A stretch of DNA of 64,000 bases from an uncultured delta proteobacterium (GCA_963708295.1 CAVPSJ010000008.1:160001-224000), one strand, 5' to 3'; counted from the stretch's first letter, positions 1-8,640 are shown. Notes: generated by a model not told the origin, from the sequence alone. Numbers and translations: made by a program.

Positions 1-4
1 TCCC

Positions 5-442
5 ATGCCATTTATGAATACGGCTTTGATCGGCATGTGGATCGTGATTCCGATTGTTCTGGGAGTGAGACGGCTTCCCTATACGGTGCGGGGGACCTTT
101 GCCTCGCTTCTGATCGTTCACCGGTCTTTTGAAGAGGCTGCCGAGAGTGTCGGGGCCAGGAAGACGACAACCTTCAAAGATGTCACCCTGCCTTTGATCT
201 GGAAAGGGGTCTTGGTAGGATCTCTCTATTCTTTTATCCTCGCGCTTCAGGAGGCCTCGGCCACGCTTCTCTTAGTGGTTCCAGGACATGAGATGATGAC
301 CGTCGGAATTTTTAACTTCTACATCGGGGGCTCTGTGAACGAAGCGGCCGCCCTGGGCCTCATTTTGATCATCCTCGGAGCAGTCTGTCTTTTCGCCATC
401 AACAAGATTGCCGGGAATAAAATGGGGGGAGTGTTCGGGTAA
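5..442 (+). CDS. ABC transporter permease, FbpB/iron(III)-type, C-terminal part (truncated by window start)
   Basis: Hydrophobic helices with EAA loop 'SFEEAAESVGARKTTTFKDVTLPL'. Confidence 0.85.
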   Translation: MPFMNTALIGMWIVIPIVLGVRRLPYTVRGTFASLLIVHRSFEEAAESVGARKTTTFKDVTLPLIWKGVLVGSLYSFILALQEASATLLLVVPGHEMMTVGIFNFYIGGSVNEAAALGLILIILGAVCLFAINKIAGNKMGGVFG

Positions 443-443
443 A

Positions 444-1463
444 ATGGGATTAGGCACCATCGTCATTTTGCTCGCCCTTTTCTTTGCCTACTCCAATGGC
501 TTTCATGACGCAGCGAATGTTGTTTCAACGATGATCATGACAAGGGCGGTTTCTCCAAGAAGAGCCCTTCTCATCGCGGCCGCCTGCGAATTAATCGCCC
601 CTCTTTTCTTAGGGGGAGCTGTGGCGAAAACCATAGGAGAAGATATCATCCGGTTTCCTGCTTACGACCCCGCATCGATCCCCACCTCCGCGGCTTTCCT
701 CGTAGCCGCGCTCGCTGGGGCCATCCTGTGGAACCTCATCACCTGGTTCTTTGGTTTTCCCTCAAGTTCTTCGCATGCGTTGATTGGAGGAATGGTCGGA
801 GCCGGGCTGATCGCTTTCGGGCCTGACAAAATTGTGTGGAGAGGGCTCCTTTATGTCGCCGCTTCCCTTGTGATTTCCCCTTTGCTGGGGTTAACCTTCG
901 GCGCGCTTTTCTTAAAAATGACTCTCTACCTCTTCCGAAACGCTACCCCCCGGGCAAATGCCTTTTTCAACAAGATGCAGATTCCTTCCTCGATTGCCCT
1001 CGCCATCAGCCACGGCTCCAACGATGTCCAGAAATCGATTGGCCTGATCGCCATTTCGCTGGTCATCCTTGGACTCTCCACCGGGTTTCGTGCTCCCTTC
1101 TGGGTCGTTGCGAGCTGCGGGGCGGCGACAGCCTTGGGAACAGCGACGGGGGGGTGGCGAATCATGAAGACGATGGGTTCAAAAATTTATCGCCTGAGGT
1201 CCGTCCATGCTTTCTGCGCTCAAACTTCCTCGGCAGCCGTCATTCTGGGGGCAGCGTGGTTGGGTGGTCCGGTATCGACGACCCATGTGGTTTCTTCCAG
1301 CATCATGGGCGTCGGAGCGGGTCAACGGATTTCAGCGGTCCGGTGGGGAGTGGCGAAGAATATCATCCTGGCTTGGGTTATCACTATCCCTGCCTCCGCG
1401 GTGATGGCGGGATTGAGTTTCTATCTCATCCAGGAGATTCTCTTTCATGTCATGAAAGGATAG
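444..1463 (+). CDS. pit: Inorganic phosphate transporter, PiT family
   Basis: PiT signatures 'NGFHDAANVV', 'PSSSSHALIGG', 'HGSNDVQKSIG', 'PVSTTHVVSSSIMGVG'; ATG at 444 follows the upstream stop. Confidence 0.92.
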   Translation: MGLGTIVILLALFFAYSNGFHDAANVVSTMIMTRAVSPRRALLIAAACELIAPLFLGGAVAKTIGEDIIRFPAYDPASIPTSAAFLVAALAGAILWNLITWFFGFPSSSSHALIGGMVGAGLIAFGPDKIVWRGLLYVAASLVISPLLGLTFGALFLKMTLYLFRNATPRANAFFNKMQIPSSIALAISHGSNDVQKSIGLIAISLVILGLSTGFRAPFWVVASCGAATALGTATGGWRIMKTMGSKIYRLRSVHAFCAQTSSAAVILGAAWLGGPVSTTHVVSSSIMGVGAGQRISAVRWGVAKNIILAWVITIPASAVMAGLSFYLIQEILFHVMKG

Positions 1464-1481
1464 AAGAAAGGTTGGTGAAGG

Positions 1482-2270
1482 ATGTTTAGGGGATTCCTCT
1501 TTGATCTCGACGGGACCATCTATCGAAGCGAACAACTCATCCCGGGGGCAGAGGGCGTCATCCGGCTGCTTCGAGAAAAAGGAAGGAAGGTGGTTTTCCT
1601 TTCCAATAAGCCTATTCAGACCAGAGAGGATTATGCCTTGAAGCTGACCCAGCTCGGCATTCCGACTCAGCCTGAAGAGGTGATTAACTCAACCTTTGTG
1701 ATGGTCAATTATCTTAAGAAGGTTGCCCCTCTGGCCAGACTCTTCGTCGTAGGGGAGACTCCTTTTGTTGAAGAGCTGAAAAGGGCGGGTTTTCAAATCA
1801 CCGACGTGCCAAAAGAGATTGAATATGTGATCGTGGCTTTTGATCGGACATTTGATTATGGAAAACTGAACATTGCCTTCCAGGCCATCAAACTGGGAGC
1901 CCATTTTGTTGCTACCAACCCCGACCGGACATGTCCGGTCGAAGGAGGAGAAATTCCGGATTGCGCGGGGATGATCGCGGCCATTGAGGCGGTGACGGAG
2001 AAAAAAGTGGAGGTCATCGTCGGCAAACCTTCTCCCATGATGGTTCAAGCTGCACTGGATGTGCTTCGATTGCAGCCGGCCGATTGTATTCTGATCGGGG
2101 ATCGGATCGAAACGGACATCAAAATGGGGAAGGATTCGGGGATCAGCACAGGAATTGTTCTTACCGGCGTCACCAACGAAGAGATGCTCAAGAAATTCAA
2201 ACACGGCCCGCTTCAGCCCGATTTTGTTTTTCAGAGCATTGCCGACGTCGAAAACTTATTGATAGGGTGA
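1482..2270 (+). CDS. HAD-IIA hydrolase, NagD family
   Basis: Motifs 'FDLDGTIY', 'LSNKP', 'VATNPD', 'GKPS', 'IGDRIETDI'. Confidence 0.92.
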   Translation: MFRGFLFDLDGTIYRSEQLIPGAEGVIRLLREKGRKVVFLSNKPIQTREDYALKLTQLGIPTQPEEVINSTFVMVNYLKKVAPLARLFVVGETPFVEELKRAGFQITDVPKEIEYVIVAFDRTFDYGKLNIAFQAIKLGAHFVATNPDRTCPVEGGEIPDCAGMIAAIEAVTEKKVEVIVGKPSPMMVQAALDVLRLQPADCILIGDRIETDIKMGKDSGISTGIVLTGVTNEEMLKKFKHGPLQPDFVFQSIADVENLLIG

Positions 2271-2350
2271 CACGGAGATACGGGGACGCGGGGACCCGGG
2301 GACACTGAGACGCGGAGAACCGGTGATGGGGAGATGGGGAAATTCGGAAA
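2265..2350 (+). repeat. Tandem 8-mer repeat arm (GAYRCGGR-like)
   Basis: gacacgga-gatacggg-gacgcggg-gacccggg-gacactga-gacgcgga... starting at the HAD stop codon. Confidence 0.8.
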
Positions 2351-2590
2351 CAATAAAATGAAGAAGAGGGAGATGCAGTCATAAGAGTCCAGTAATCTGT
2401 TCCGTGAGCATTTGTTTGATCCCGCAGACACTTTCAACCTGCCACCAATTTCTTCCTGAAATGTTGATTGTTCATTTTAGTTCCATAATACAAGATTTCA
2501 AACGGCAATTGGTAATGTGCTAATAACATTCCTTTCTTCCCAAGTTATTTTACCCCAAAAGACTCTCCAAAAACACTCCCAAAACACTCC

Positions 2591-2638
2591 TTGACAACTT
2601 AATAATAATGAAGTATCTTGCATGAGATTGATTTCATG
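2591..2638 (+). promoter_or_regulatory. Sigma70 promoter with adjacent palindromic operator
   Basis: TTGACA (2591) -17 bp- TATCTT (2614), then inverted repeat CATGAGAT-TG-ATTTCATG (2621-2638). Confidence 0.6.
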
Positions 2639-2687
2639 AAATAAAGTTTACTAGTGCATGCTGCAAACCTCGTAAGGGAGAAAGGAG

Positions 2688-3026
2688 TTGGTTGTGAAAC
2701 ATCTATCTAAATTACTTCGTATTTCACTCTTTATTGCTCTATTGGTTTTGCCAATGACCGCTTGTATGGAAGGTTCGTATGTTCTAAGTTTGACGGTTGA
2801 GACACCTCAGGATAAGGCGACTGTTAGTACGCCTACGGTCACGGTAAGTGGCACAGTCACTAAGACGGCTGAGGTGAAGATTAATGACGTGGTAGTGCCG
2901 TCTAAAGGTAGCAAATTCTCCACCGATATCAAGTTGACCGAAGGGAGCAATGTTATTACGGTTGTCGCTAAATCGGGTAAGGACACGGAAACGAAGACGC
3001 TGACTATTACCTACAAACCAAGTTAG
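2688..3026 (+). CDS. Putative lipoprotein with an Ig-like beta-sandwich domain
   Basis: AAGGAG RBS; signal peptide ending 'LPMTAC'; beta-rich 'VTVSGTV...LTEGSNVITVVAK...TLTITY'. Confidence 0.7.
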   Translation: MVVKHLSKLLRISLFIALLVLPMTACMEGSYVLSLTVETPQDKATVSTPTVTVSGTVTKTAEVKINDVVVPSKGSKFSTDIKLTEGSNVITVVAKSGKDTETKTLTITYKPS

Positions 3027-3132
3027 CAGTCTGGCTAAGAACAGGAATCAAATTCCAAAACTGGGAGCAATTGACGGAGGAGAAGACCTAAAATTGCCTA
3101 CAATAAATTTGTTTACTTAGATTATTAGGCAC

Positions 3133-3222
3133 TACAGGGTCCAGAGATATACAAATATTTCTGGAGGTTAAAAACCTTGATAGTCGGGCCGCTATCTGTA
3201 CGTGGAGGATAGCGGCTTTTTT
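3133..3222 (+). promoter_or_regulatory. Candidate nhaA-I/DUF1646-like (Li+/Na+) riboswitch with intrinsic terminator
   Basis: GGGT(3137)...two hairpins...GTCGGGCCGC(3183-3192), overlapping terminator CCGCTATC/GATAGCGG + T-tract. The terminator is clear; the family assignment is from recalled consensus only. Confidence 0.4.
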
Positions 3223-3281
3223 ATGCAATGAACTAGAGCGGTCTTTCAAAACTTCGATTCAGAATTAAGGGAGGAATCAAC

Positions 3282-3608
3282 ATGGCAACATGGACATTTC
3301 TTACGAATCATGCAATTGTACTTTTCTTTCTGGCTAAACATCCATTAATCACTGGACGAGAGTTGTCAGGATTAATAGGGATTACGGAAAGGTCAGTAAG
3401 AAATATTATTTCTGATCTCGAATCAGAGGGGTATATCCAAAAGTCCAAAGAGGGAAGGCAAGCAAGGTATAAAACCAATCCGCATTTACCTCTTCGGCAC
3501 CGCACTCAGAAGGATAAGGCAATAAAAATTCTCCTCGAAGCATTAGACGGCGAACAAATACGAAAAGGAGCCAAGAAACGGGAAGCATCGTCGAAGGCAG
3601 TTCTATAA
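3282..3608 (+). CDS. Winged helix-turn-helix transcriptional regulator ('WTFLTNHA' type)
   Basis: GGAGG RBS; HTH 'TGRELSGLIGITERSVRNIISDLESEGYI' and wing 'EGRQARY'. Confidence 0.85.
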   Translation: MATWTFLTNHAIVLFFLAKHPLITGRELSGLIGITERSVRNIISDLESEGYIQKSKEGRQARYKTNPHLPLRHRTQKDKAIKILLEALDGEQIRKGAKKREASSKAVL

Positions 3609-3836
3609 AAAAAGGGACTCCAACTTTCTGTGTCTCCTGTTTCATCGCCTCCGTCGATGTATTCAGGTCAAGTAACGATCCACCCCCTTGTTTCAATATT
3701 TCAAACGATAATCTTGATTACTCAGTATGAGCCACCATTGCGGCTTTGTAGGTGCTATACGTAACATAATCTGCTTTTCCTTGTGATATTAGTTAGTTAA
3801 TGGCTGTTTTCCTTTATCACTTTTTTTCTATCCCTG

Positions 3837-4772
3837 TCAAGATAATTCGTTTTCAGCGCCTCCGAGTAACTCCATGCTCTCCTGTTCGTCGTCATCCTCT
3901 TGTTGCGCCTGCGTTCTTTGCAGAACCACCTGCATGGCCTTGTAGTAGTCTCGTTGGACCTTGAGGTTGGCTACGCGGCAGTAGCGCTGCGTGGTGGTAA
4001 TCTGGCCATGTCCCAGAAGGTCCTGAATGGTCGCAAGGTCGGCATCGGCATTGAGAAGCTGTGTGGCCATGGTGTGGCGAAGCCGATGACACGAGACGTT
4101 GAGTCCACTTTGTCGCCCATAGTATTCGATCCTCTTCTGAATGCCTCGGACCGATATCGGTTTGCCTCTCATCGGTCCCTTCTGCACCAGAAACAATCCT
4201 CTGGCTTTCGAGGACCGTTTCGCCAGATACACCGAAAGAGCGGATTGGGCATCTTCACTCATGTAGACCACCCGATCCTTCGCCCCTTTTCCATGGAAGA
4301 CAAAGATCTGTCTTCTCCCGTACTCTACCGCATCAACCGTCAGCTCAGCCACCTCCTGGACCCGAAGGCCGCAGCGGAGCATCAACATGAACATGGCCCG
4401 GTCTCTCAGATCCGTGATGCCATCAAAGAGGCCCCTGACCTGGTCATCCTTCAGGTGCCGGGGCAGTGGCTTGGGCAGACGGAGCGAGATCCGGGTGACA
4501 GGGTTGATGATCGATCTGCCTTCCTCATTTGTGAGATAGTCGAAGAAGAGACGAATCGTTTGCAGGTGGCACGTGATCGTCTTGGGCGTTCGTCTCTTTC
4601 GGAGCAGATGATCGACATAGGCTCCGATCTCCTTACGAGTCACATCAGAGAGAGGCACGGTAAGCCATCGGATGAACTGATCGAGGATGTTGACATAGCT
4701 CTTGACCGTGTGGGCCGAGTAGTTTTTTCTCTTCAAGGCTCTCCGGTACCCAATCAGCTCAGTAGGTTCCAT
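3837..4772 (-). CDS. Tyrosine recombinase/integrase (second gene of the pair)
   Basis: Start MEPTELIG after GGAGGG RBS; 'GLRVQEV', 'GKGAKDR', 'HRLRH', 'LLGH...TTQRY'. Confidence 0.93.
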   Translation of the reverse strand: MEPTELIGYRRALKRKNYSAHTVKSYVNILDQFIRWLTVPLSDVTRKEIGAYVDHLLRKRRTPKTITCHLQTIRLFFDYLTNEEGRSIINPVTRISLRLPKPLPRHLKDDQVRGLFDGITDLRDRAMFMLMLRCGLRVQEVAELTVDAVEYGRRQIFVFHGKGAKDRVVYMSEDAQSALSVYLAKRSSKARGLFLVQKGPMRGKPISVRGIQKRIEYYGRQSGLNVSCHRLRHTMATQLLNADADLATIQDLLGHGQITTTQRYCRVANLKVQRDYYKAMQVVLQRTQAQQEDDDEQESMELLGGAENELS

Positions 4773-5772
4773 CGATCCCTCCTTTCTCGATAATGGCCAT
4801 GGCCCGGAAGTACTCTTGTTCACGGGTTCTGTCCGTGAGCCGGGCGTATCGGCGGGTGACCTCGATGTCCTGATGACCCAGTAGCTGCTGGAGACATTCC
4901 AGGCGCATCCCCGCGTTGAGAAGCTCGGAGGCAAACGTGTGACGCAGACAATGGACCGTGTAGCCTTTCTGTTCAAACCCTGCTTTCTTGAGGTATTTTA
5001 CGAAAAGGTATCTGCCGGTACTGTAACAGAGATGCCCATTGCTCTGGCCGTAAAAGACGAATTCCTTGTTCTTGTCCCTTTGCCTCAGCCAAAGCTTGAT
5101 GGCAAACAGCGCATCGTCACTCAGATACACCACCCTCCCCATGCTGTTCTTCTCTCCCTCGTACAGATCAACCTTTCTACCTTTGATGTCCAGATCGTTT
5201 AACCTTAGTCCCAAGGCCTCGCCGATCCGGATGCCTGTCCGTAAAAGCAGAAGGATCAGAGCCCGGTCCCGGATCTCCTCAATCACCGAGAGAAGTTTTC
5301 TCACATCGACGGGGTTCATCGCCCGAGGCAGGACCTCCGGCAGCTTCAGCTTGATGCCTCGCTTGAGAACGGATCCTGGGATGATATCCTGCTCCATCAG
5401 AAAATGCACAAATGCAAGGATGCAAGCCACCCTCGTCCGCACCGTGGAGATGCGTAATCCCCGGTCCTGCTCCTGCTCGATGAAACCTTCCAGGTCCCTC
5501 CGTTCGAGTTTCTCGATTTCTCTCTTGCCTAACTTCCCATAAAAGTCCAGGAAGAGCCTGACGGAGTTAAAGGAACCGGACAGCGTACTCCGTTTGTGGT
5601 TCAGACGCCACTTGTGGCGCATGTAGCGCTCCAAGTGTTCCTTGGCGGGAAGCTCTAACCAAGAGAGCTTCTGGAGGATGCGGTCGATTGGCGTGGGTGA
5701 AAGAGGCTGTTCACGTACAACTTCATCTTCACACTTGATTGACTCATTGCTGATCAACTGTCCCTGGGTCAT
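4759..5772 (-). CDS. Tyrosine recombinase/integrase (first gene of the pair)
   Basis: Start MTQGQ after AGGAGG RBS; 'GIRIGEA', 'EKNSMGR', 'HCLRH', 'LLGH...VTRRY'; overlaps the next gene by 14 bp. Confidence 0.93.
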   Translation of the reverse strand: MTQGQLISNESIKCEDEVVREQPLSPTPIDRILQKLSWLELPAKEHLERYMRHKWRLNHKRSTLSGSFNSVRLFLDFYGKLGKREIEKLERRDLEGFIEQEQDRGLRISTVRTRVACILAFVHFLMEQDIIPGSVLKRGIKLKLPEVLPRAMNPVDVRKLLSVIEEIRDRALILLLLRTGIRIGEALGLRLNDLDIKGRKVDLYEGEKNSMGRVVYLSDDALFAIKLWLRQRDKNKEFVFYGQSNGHLCYSTGRYLFVKYLKKAGFEQKGYTVHCLRHTFASELLNAGMRLECLQQLLGHQDIEVTRRYARLTDRTREQEYFRAMAIIEKGGIDGTY

Positions 5773-5983
5773 TTCTCTTCCTCCTTTTCTTTTGCAAGAA
5801 AAAGCAGAATAGATCATGACCCTTAGCACTTCTAACGGTCAATCCATTTTGTTACGTATAGGTAGGTGTAACCTGCAACCCACTTTTTCACCTCTTCCTA
5901 CCTGTAACTTTCTCTTCCCTAATTTGTGAAATGAGTGTATATTGCAAGCGGGTGAGGTGTGAAGATAATATTGAAACCAAACT

Positions 5984-6062
5984 GTCCAACTAATCGCTCA
6001 AGCGGACTCGCTGCGTCTATGCTGCGCTTCACCTGCGCTCGCCGCTTGGGGTGGTATTGGAT
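5984..6062 (+). other. Degenerate attC-like integron cassette site
   Basis: R'' GTCCAAC, L'' GCTCAAGCGG ... CCGCTTGGG, R'-like ATTGGAT; imperfect hairpin. Confidence 0.6.
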
Positions 6063-6087
6063 CACACACGATGAAGGGGGGTCATAA

Positions 6088-6651
6088 ATGAGCAGCTACC
6101 GTGTACATTACAAAAAAGGTGATGTCGAGATTGAAGTCGAGTCTACTGACAAGGACTACGTTGGCCAAATGTTGCAGAAATTCCTCCCGCCGCAGGCGCC
6201 TAAGATTCCGGCGGGCAAACCCGCAAAGCAAAAAGGTAAACCCCCCAAAATTGGCCGTCGACATCCCCAAGGCAAGGAAGCCGTAGCGAATGAAGAAGAA
6301 ACCATGATCGATTACGCTGCAGTTGCGAACGCCGTTCATGAGTCGGACAAGACCGAGGATATTCAAAAGAACATCCTGAACAAACGGGACAATCTTGGTC
6401 GCATTCTGCTGTCATTCCACTTCGCTCATGAGGCAGGAAATGAATATCTTACAACCGGCGATGTTGAGAAGATTACCGATCAACTTAGGATTAAAATTTC
6501 TCAACCTAATGTATCGGGCTGCGTGGCCAAAAACCGCAAATACTTCTCAGCGGCGAGAGCGCGACGAAGGGGGGCAGTAGTGCCTTACAAATTGAACAGG
6601 GCAGGGGAGCAGGCTTACGAGAAACTCATAGCCGGCGGGAAGGTGAAATAG
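6088..6651 (+). CDS. Hypothetical protein with a probable C-terminal winged-helix domain
   Basis: 187-aa ORF with RBS; Pro/Lys linker; 'LTTGDVEKI...QPNVSGCV...YKLNRAGEQAY'. Confidence 0.75.
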   Translation: MSSYRVHYKKGDVEIEVESTDKDYVGQMLQKFLPPQAPKIPAGKPAKQKGKPPKIGRRHPQGKEAVANEEETMIDYAAVANAVHESDKTEDIQKNILNKRDNLGRILLSFHFAHEAGNEYLTTGDVEKITDQLRIKISQPNVSGCVAKNRKYFSAARARRRGAVVPYKLNRAGEQAYEKLIAGGKVK

Positions 6652-6652
6652 C

Positions 6653-7441
6653 ATGCCGTCCATAGACAAGAACACTCTTCTCGCTGCAATATGCCCACCT
6701 CTTGACCAACGTCTGGCCGACCAGATGGTTGATGAGTTCATATCATTAGAACGGCGCTACGTGCTTCGTGATTGGGAGCCGGCTACTCTTGACGGAGGTC
6801 AATTCGCGGAAGCGTCAGCAAGGCTACTATACCATCAGGACTCGAGAACCTTGAACCGCCGTAAGGGCGTAAATGAATGCCTCACCTATGTGGAAGACCC
6901 CGCCAATTCAAATCCTCATGCATTTCCGGAGCGAAAAGCAGCCCTCCATATTGACAGGATTATTCGTACCATCTACAAGTTCCGTTCAGATCGTGGTGCA
7001 GTACATATAGACCCCGATTATACGGCGAACCATCTGGACTCCAAGCTTGTACTTGAGAACTGCCGCTGGGTTATATCGGAATTCCTACGGGTGTTTTGGA
7101 CTGCAGACCGGCGCCAGGTTGCAGCTGCAATCCGGCAGATTATTCAGTATGACGTACCAGTAATCGGCGTTTATGACGGATGTCCGCTTGTTCAAAGGGT
7201 CGATTGCTCGGCAGAAGAGGAAATCCTCATCCTACTTCATCACGCCGGGGAAGAGGGGTTGAGCCGCACCGAAATCGGTCGCGCCGTACTGAGAGGGGCG
7301 CCTGCTGTCACAAAAGCTCTGACCATACTCATTTCACCGAGACGCCGCGAGGTCGTGAAGTTACAAAATGGGAACTATCGGCTGACGGATATCGGTATAC
7401 GCCGCGTTCTGACTGAGCTTGCCGATAAACTCGTAATTTGA
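6653..7441 (+). CDS. Putative HEPN-like RNase fused to a C-terminal wHTH
   Basis: Helical region with 'IYKFRSDRGAVH' (Rx4-6H); C-terminal 'LSRTEIG...YRLTDIG'; starts 1 nt after the upstream stop. Confidence 0.65.
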   Translation: MPSIDKNTLLAAICPPLDQRLADQMVDEFISLERRYVLRDWEPATLDGGQFAEASARLLYHQDSRTLNRRKGVNECLTYVEDPANSNPHAFPERKAALHIDRIIRTIYKFRSDRGAVHIDPDYTANHLDSKLVLENCRWVISEFLRVFWTADRRQVAAAIRQIIQYDVPVIGVYDGCPLVQRVDCSAEEEILILLHHAGEEGLSRTEIGRAVLRGAPAVTKALTILISPRRREVVKLQNGNYRLTDIGIRRVLTELADKLVI

Positions 7442-7449
7442 GCGAGAAA

Positions 7450-7513
7450 GTCAAACAAACGGCTGCACCCGCTCCGCCGATAAACCCGGCTCCCGGTGAC
7501 CTTTTCGTTACCC
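7450..7513 (+). other. Degenerate attC-like site
   Basis: GTCAAAC-AAACG-GCTGCACC...GGTGACC-TTTTC-GTTACCC just after the 262-aa ORF stop. Confidence 0.5.
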
Positions 7514-7620
7514 TCTCTTTCAACTCGTAATCTTTGATTCCTGATTATGGTTGTCCGTAATGACTTGTAGGTGTTATATCTATAAGAAGAGATGTTTGTT
7601 GATGTCCCTCCCCTTACCCT

Positions 7621-7696
7621 TTCTCCCAATCTTCTTATCTTCCCATCTCCGCGTCACCGTGTCTCGCCGTCACCGCGTCTATTATCTCACCGCGTC
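7621..7696 (-). repeat. Tandem 8-mer repeat arm, inverted relative to 2265-2350
   Basis: Minus strand reads gacgcggt-gacggcga-gacacggt-gacgcgga-gatgggaa-gataagaa-gattggga after the glpC-fragment stop. Confidence 0.75.
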
Positions 7697-7996
7697 AATG
7701 CATCTCTTAAGATCTGGATAGGATGGAGGACTTTCAATCCAGTGAGGTGACGGATTTGCAGGCGACAGCCTTCGCAGTCGGACAGGATAATTTCGGGTTT
7801 GAGACGGTCGATCGCCTCCTTCAAATCCCTTCCGATCTCCTGAGAGATCTCATATTTTTCTTTCTTAAATCCATAGGTACCGCCCAGCCCGCAGCAATCC
7901 GCTTCGATGTTGTCCAGTTGAAGGCCCGGGATAGAGCGGAGGATTTCAACGGCAGGGAGGCCAATTCCCAGGGCTCTCAAATGACATGGGGCAAAA
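7687..7996 (-). pseudogene. glpC: Duplicated 3' fragment of glpC
   Basis: 7699-7996 aligns without gaps to 9624-9921; encodes FAPCHLRALG...ILRDALTR*; no matching 5' part. Confidence 0.9.
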
Positions 7997-8205
7997 AAGA
8001 AGGGGACGTAGGTTCTGAGACAACTTGGGGAAGAAGCACGAGCCCCAGCCGTTGACAAGAAAGATTCGGTTCCTTCGTCTGGGAAAGAAAAAATGGGGCA
8101 GCCAATTGAGTGTATTGTAATGGAAACACTCCTTTGTTTCGCAGTCTGTGTCAACCAGAATGGCTACTTTATTTTTGACGTGAGACGGTCAGCAGAGCAG
8201 ACAGG

Positions 8206-8640
8206 TTATTTCTTGTTCTCTTGGGAAGATAAGTATTTGATAATCGCTTTCTTATATTTTTCAAAGTCCCTTAAATCCCGGTGAAGAATTGAGACAACAA
8301 TCGTAGGATCGATGGTTTCATATTGATGGACAACGACATTTCTAAATATTGCCATCTTCTCTAATGTTCCGCATAAATTCCTACCAATCACCTTGTTTTC
8401 CATCAAAATCTTAAAAGTATCAGCATAGCCAGTTGGCAGCCTCATTTCCTGGTCAGAAATAATGTGATTCGCAATGTCGACACAAGCCTCGATAAGAATA
8501 TGCAATGTCCTCTCAACGATCCTCTGAGTTTTCCAATCGATTTTATATCGATTCAGAGAAATTCTGGAGAAATCCCCAATCTGTTTAAGATAGGTATCTA
8601 TCTGGACAAGCTTCCTCCCTATCAAGAGCTTATCAACCAA
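8206..8640 (-). CDS. HepT-like HEPN toxin (DUF86)
   Basis: 'FRNVVVHQY' Rx4HxY motif; overlaps the upstream MNT gene. Confidence 0.9.
   Translation of the reverse strand: MVDKLLIGRKLVQIDTYLKQIGDFSRISLNRYKIDWKTQRIVERTLHILIEACVDIANHIISDQEMRLPTGYADTFKILMENKVIGRNLCGTLEKMAIFRNVVVHQYETIDPTIVVSILHRDLRDFEKYKKAIIKYLSSQENKK

Larger units (their letters stand above)
3755..5861 (-). mobile_element. 2,107-bp element encoding two tyrosine recombinases, with 16-bp TIRs and a flanking 7-bp direct repeat
   Basis: CTATACGTAACATAAT (3755-3770) vs ATTTTGTTACGTATAG (5846-5861): 15/16 inverted match; GTAGGTG at 3748-3754 and 5862-5868. Confidence 0.85.

Noticed and set aside
3837-5772. Recombinases as integron integrase IntI or chromosomal XerC/XerD
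   Set aside because: No IntI-type insertion is evident before the HxxR motif, and the genes lie inside their own TIR/direct-repeat-bounded unit.
7567-7573. Third GTAGGTG as an alternative element boundary
   Set aside because: Its flanks lack the GYAAY arm motif and any TIR; a 7-mer can recur by chance.
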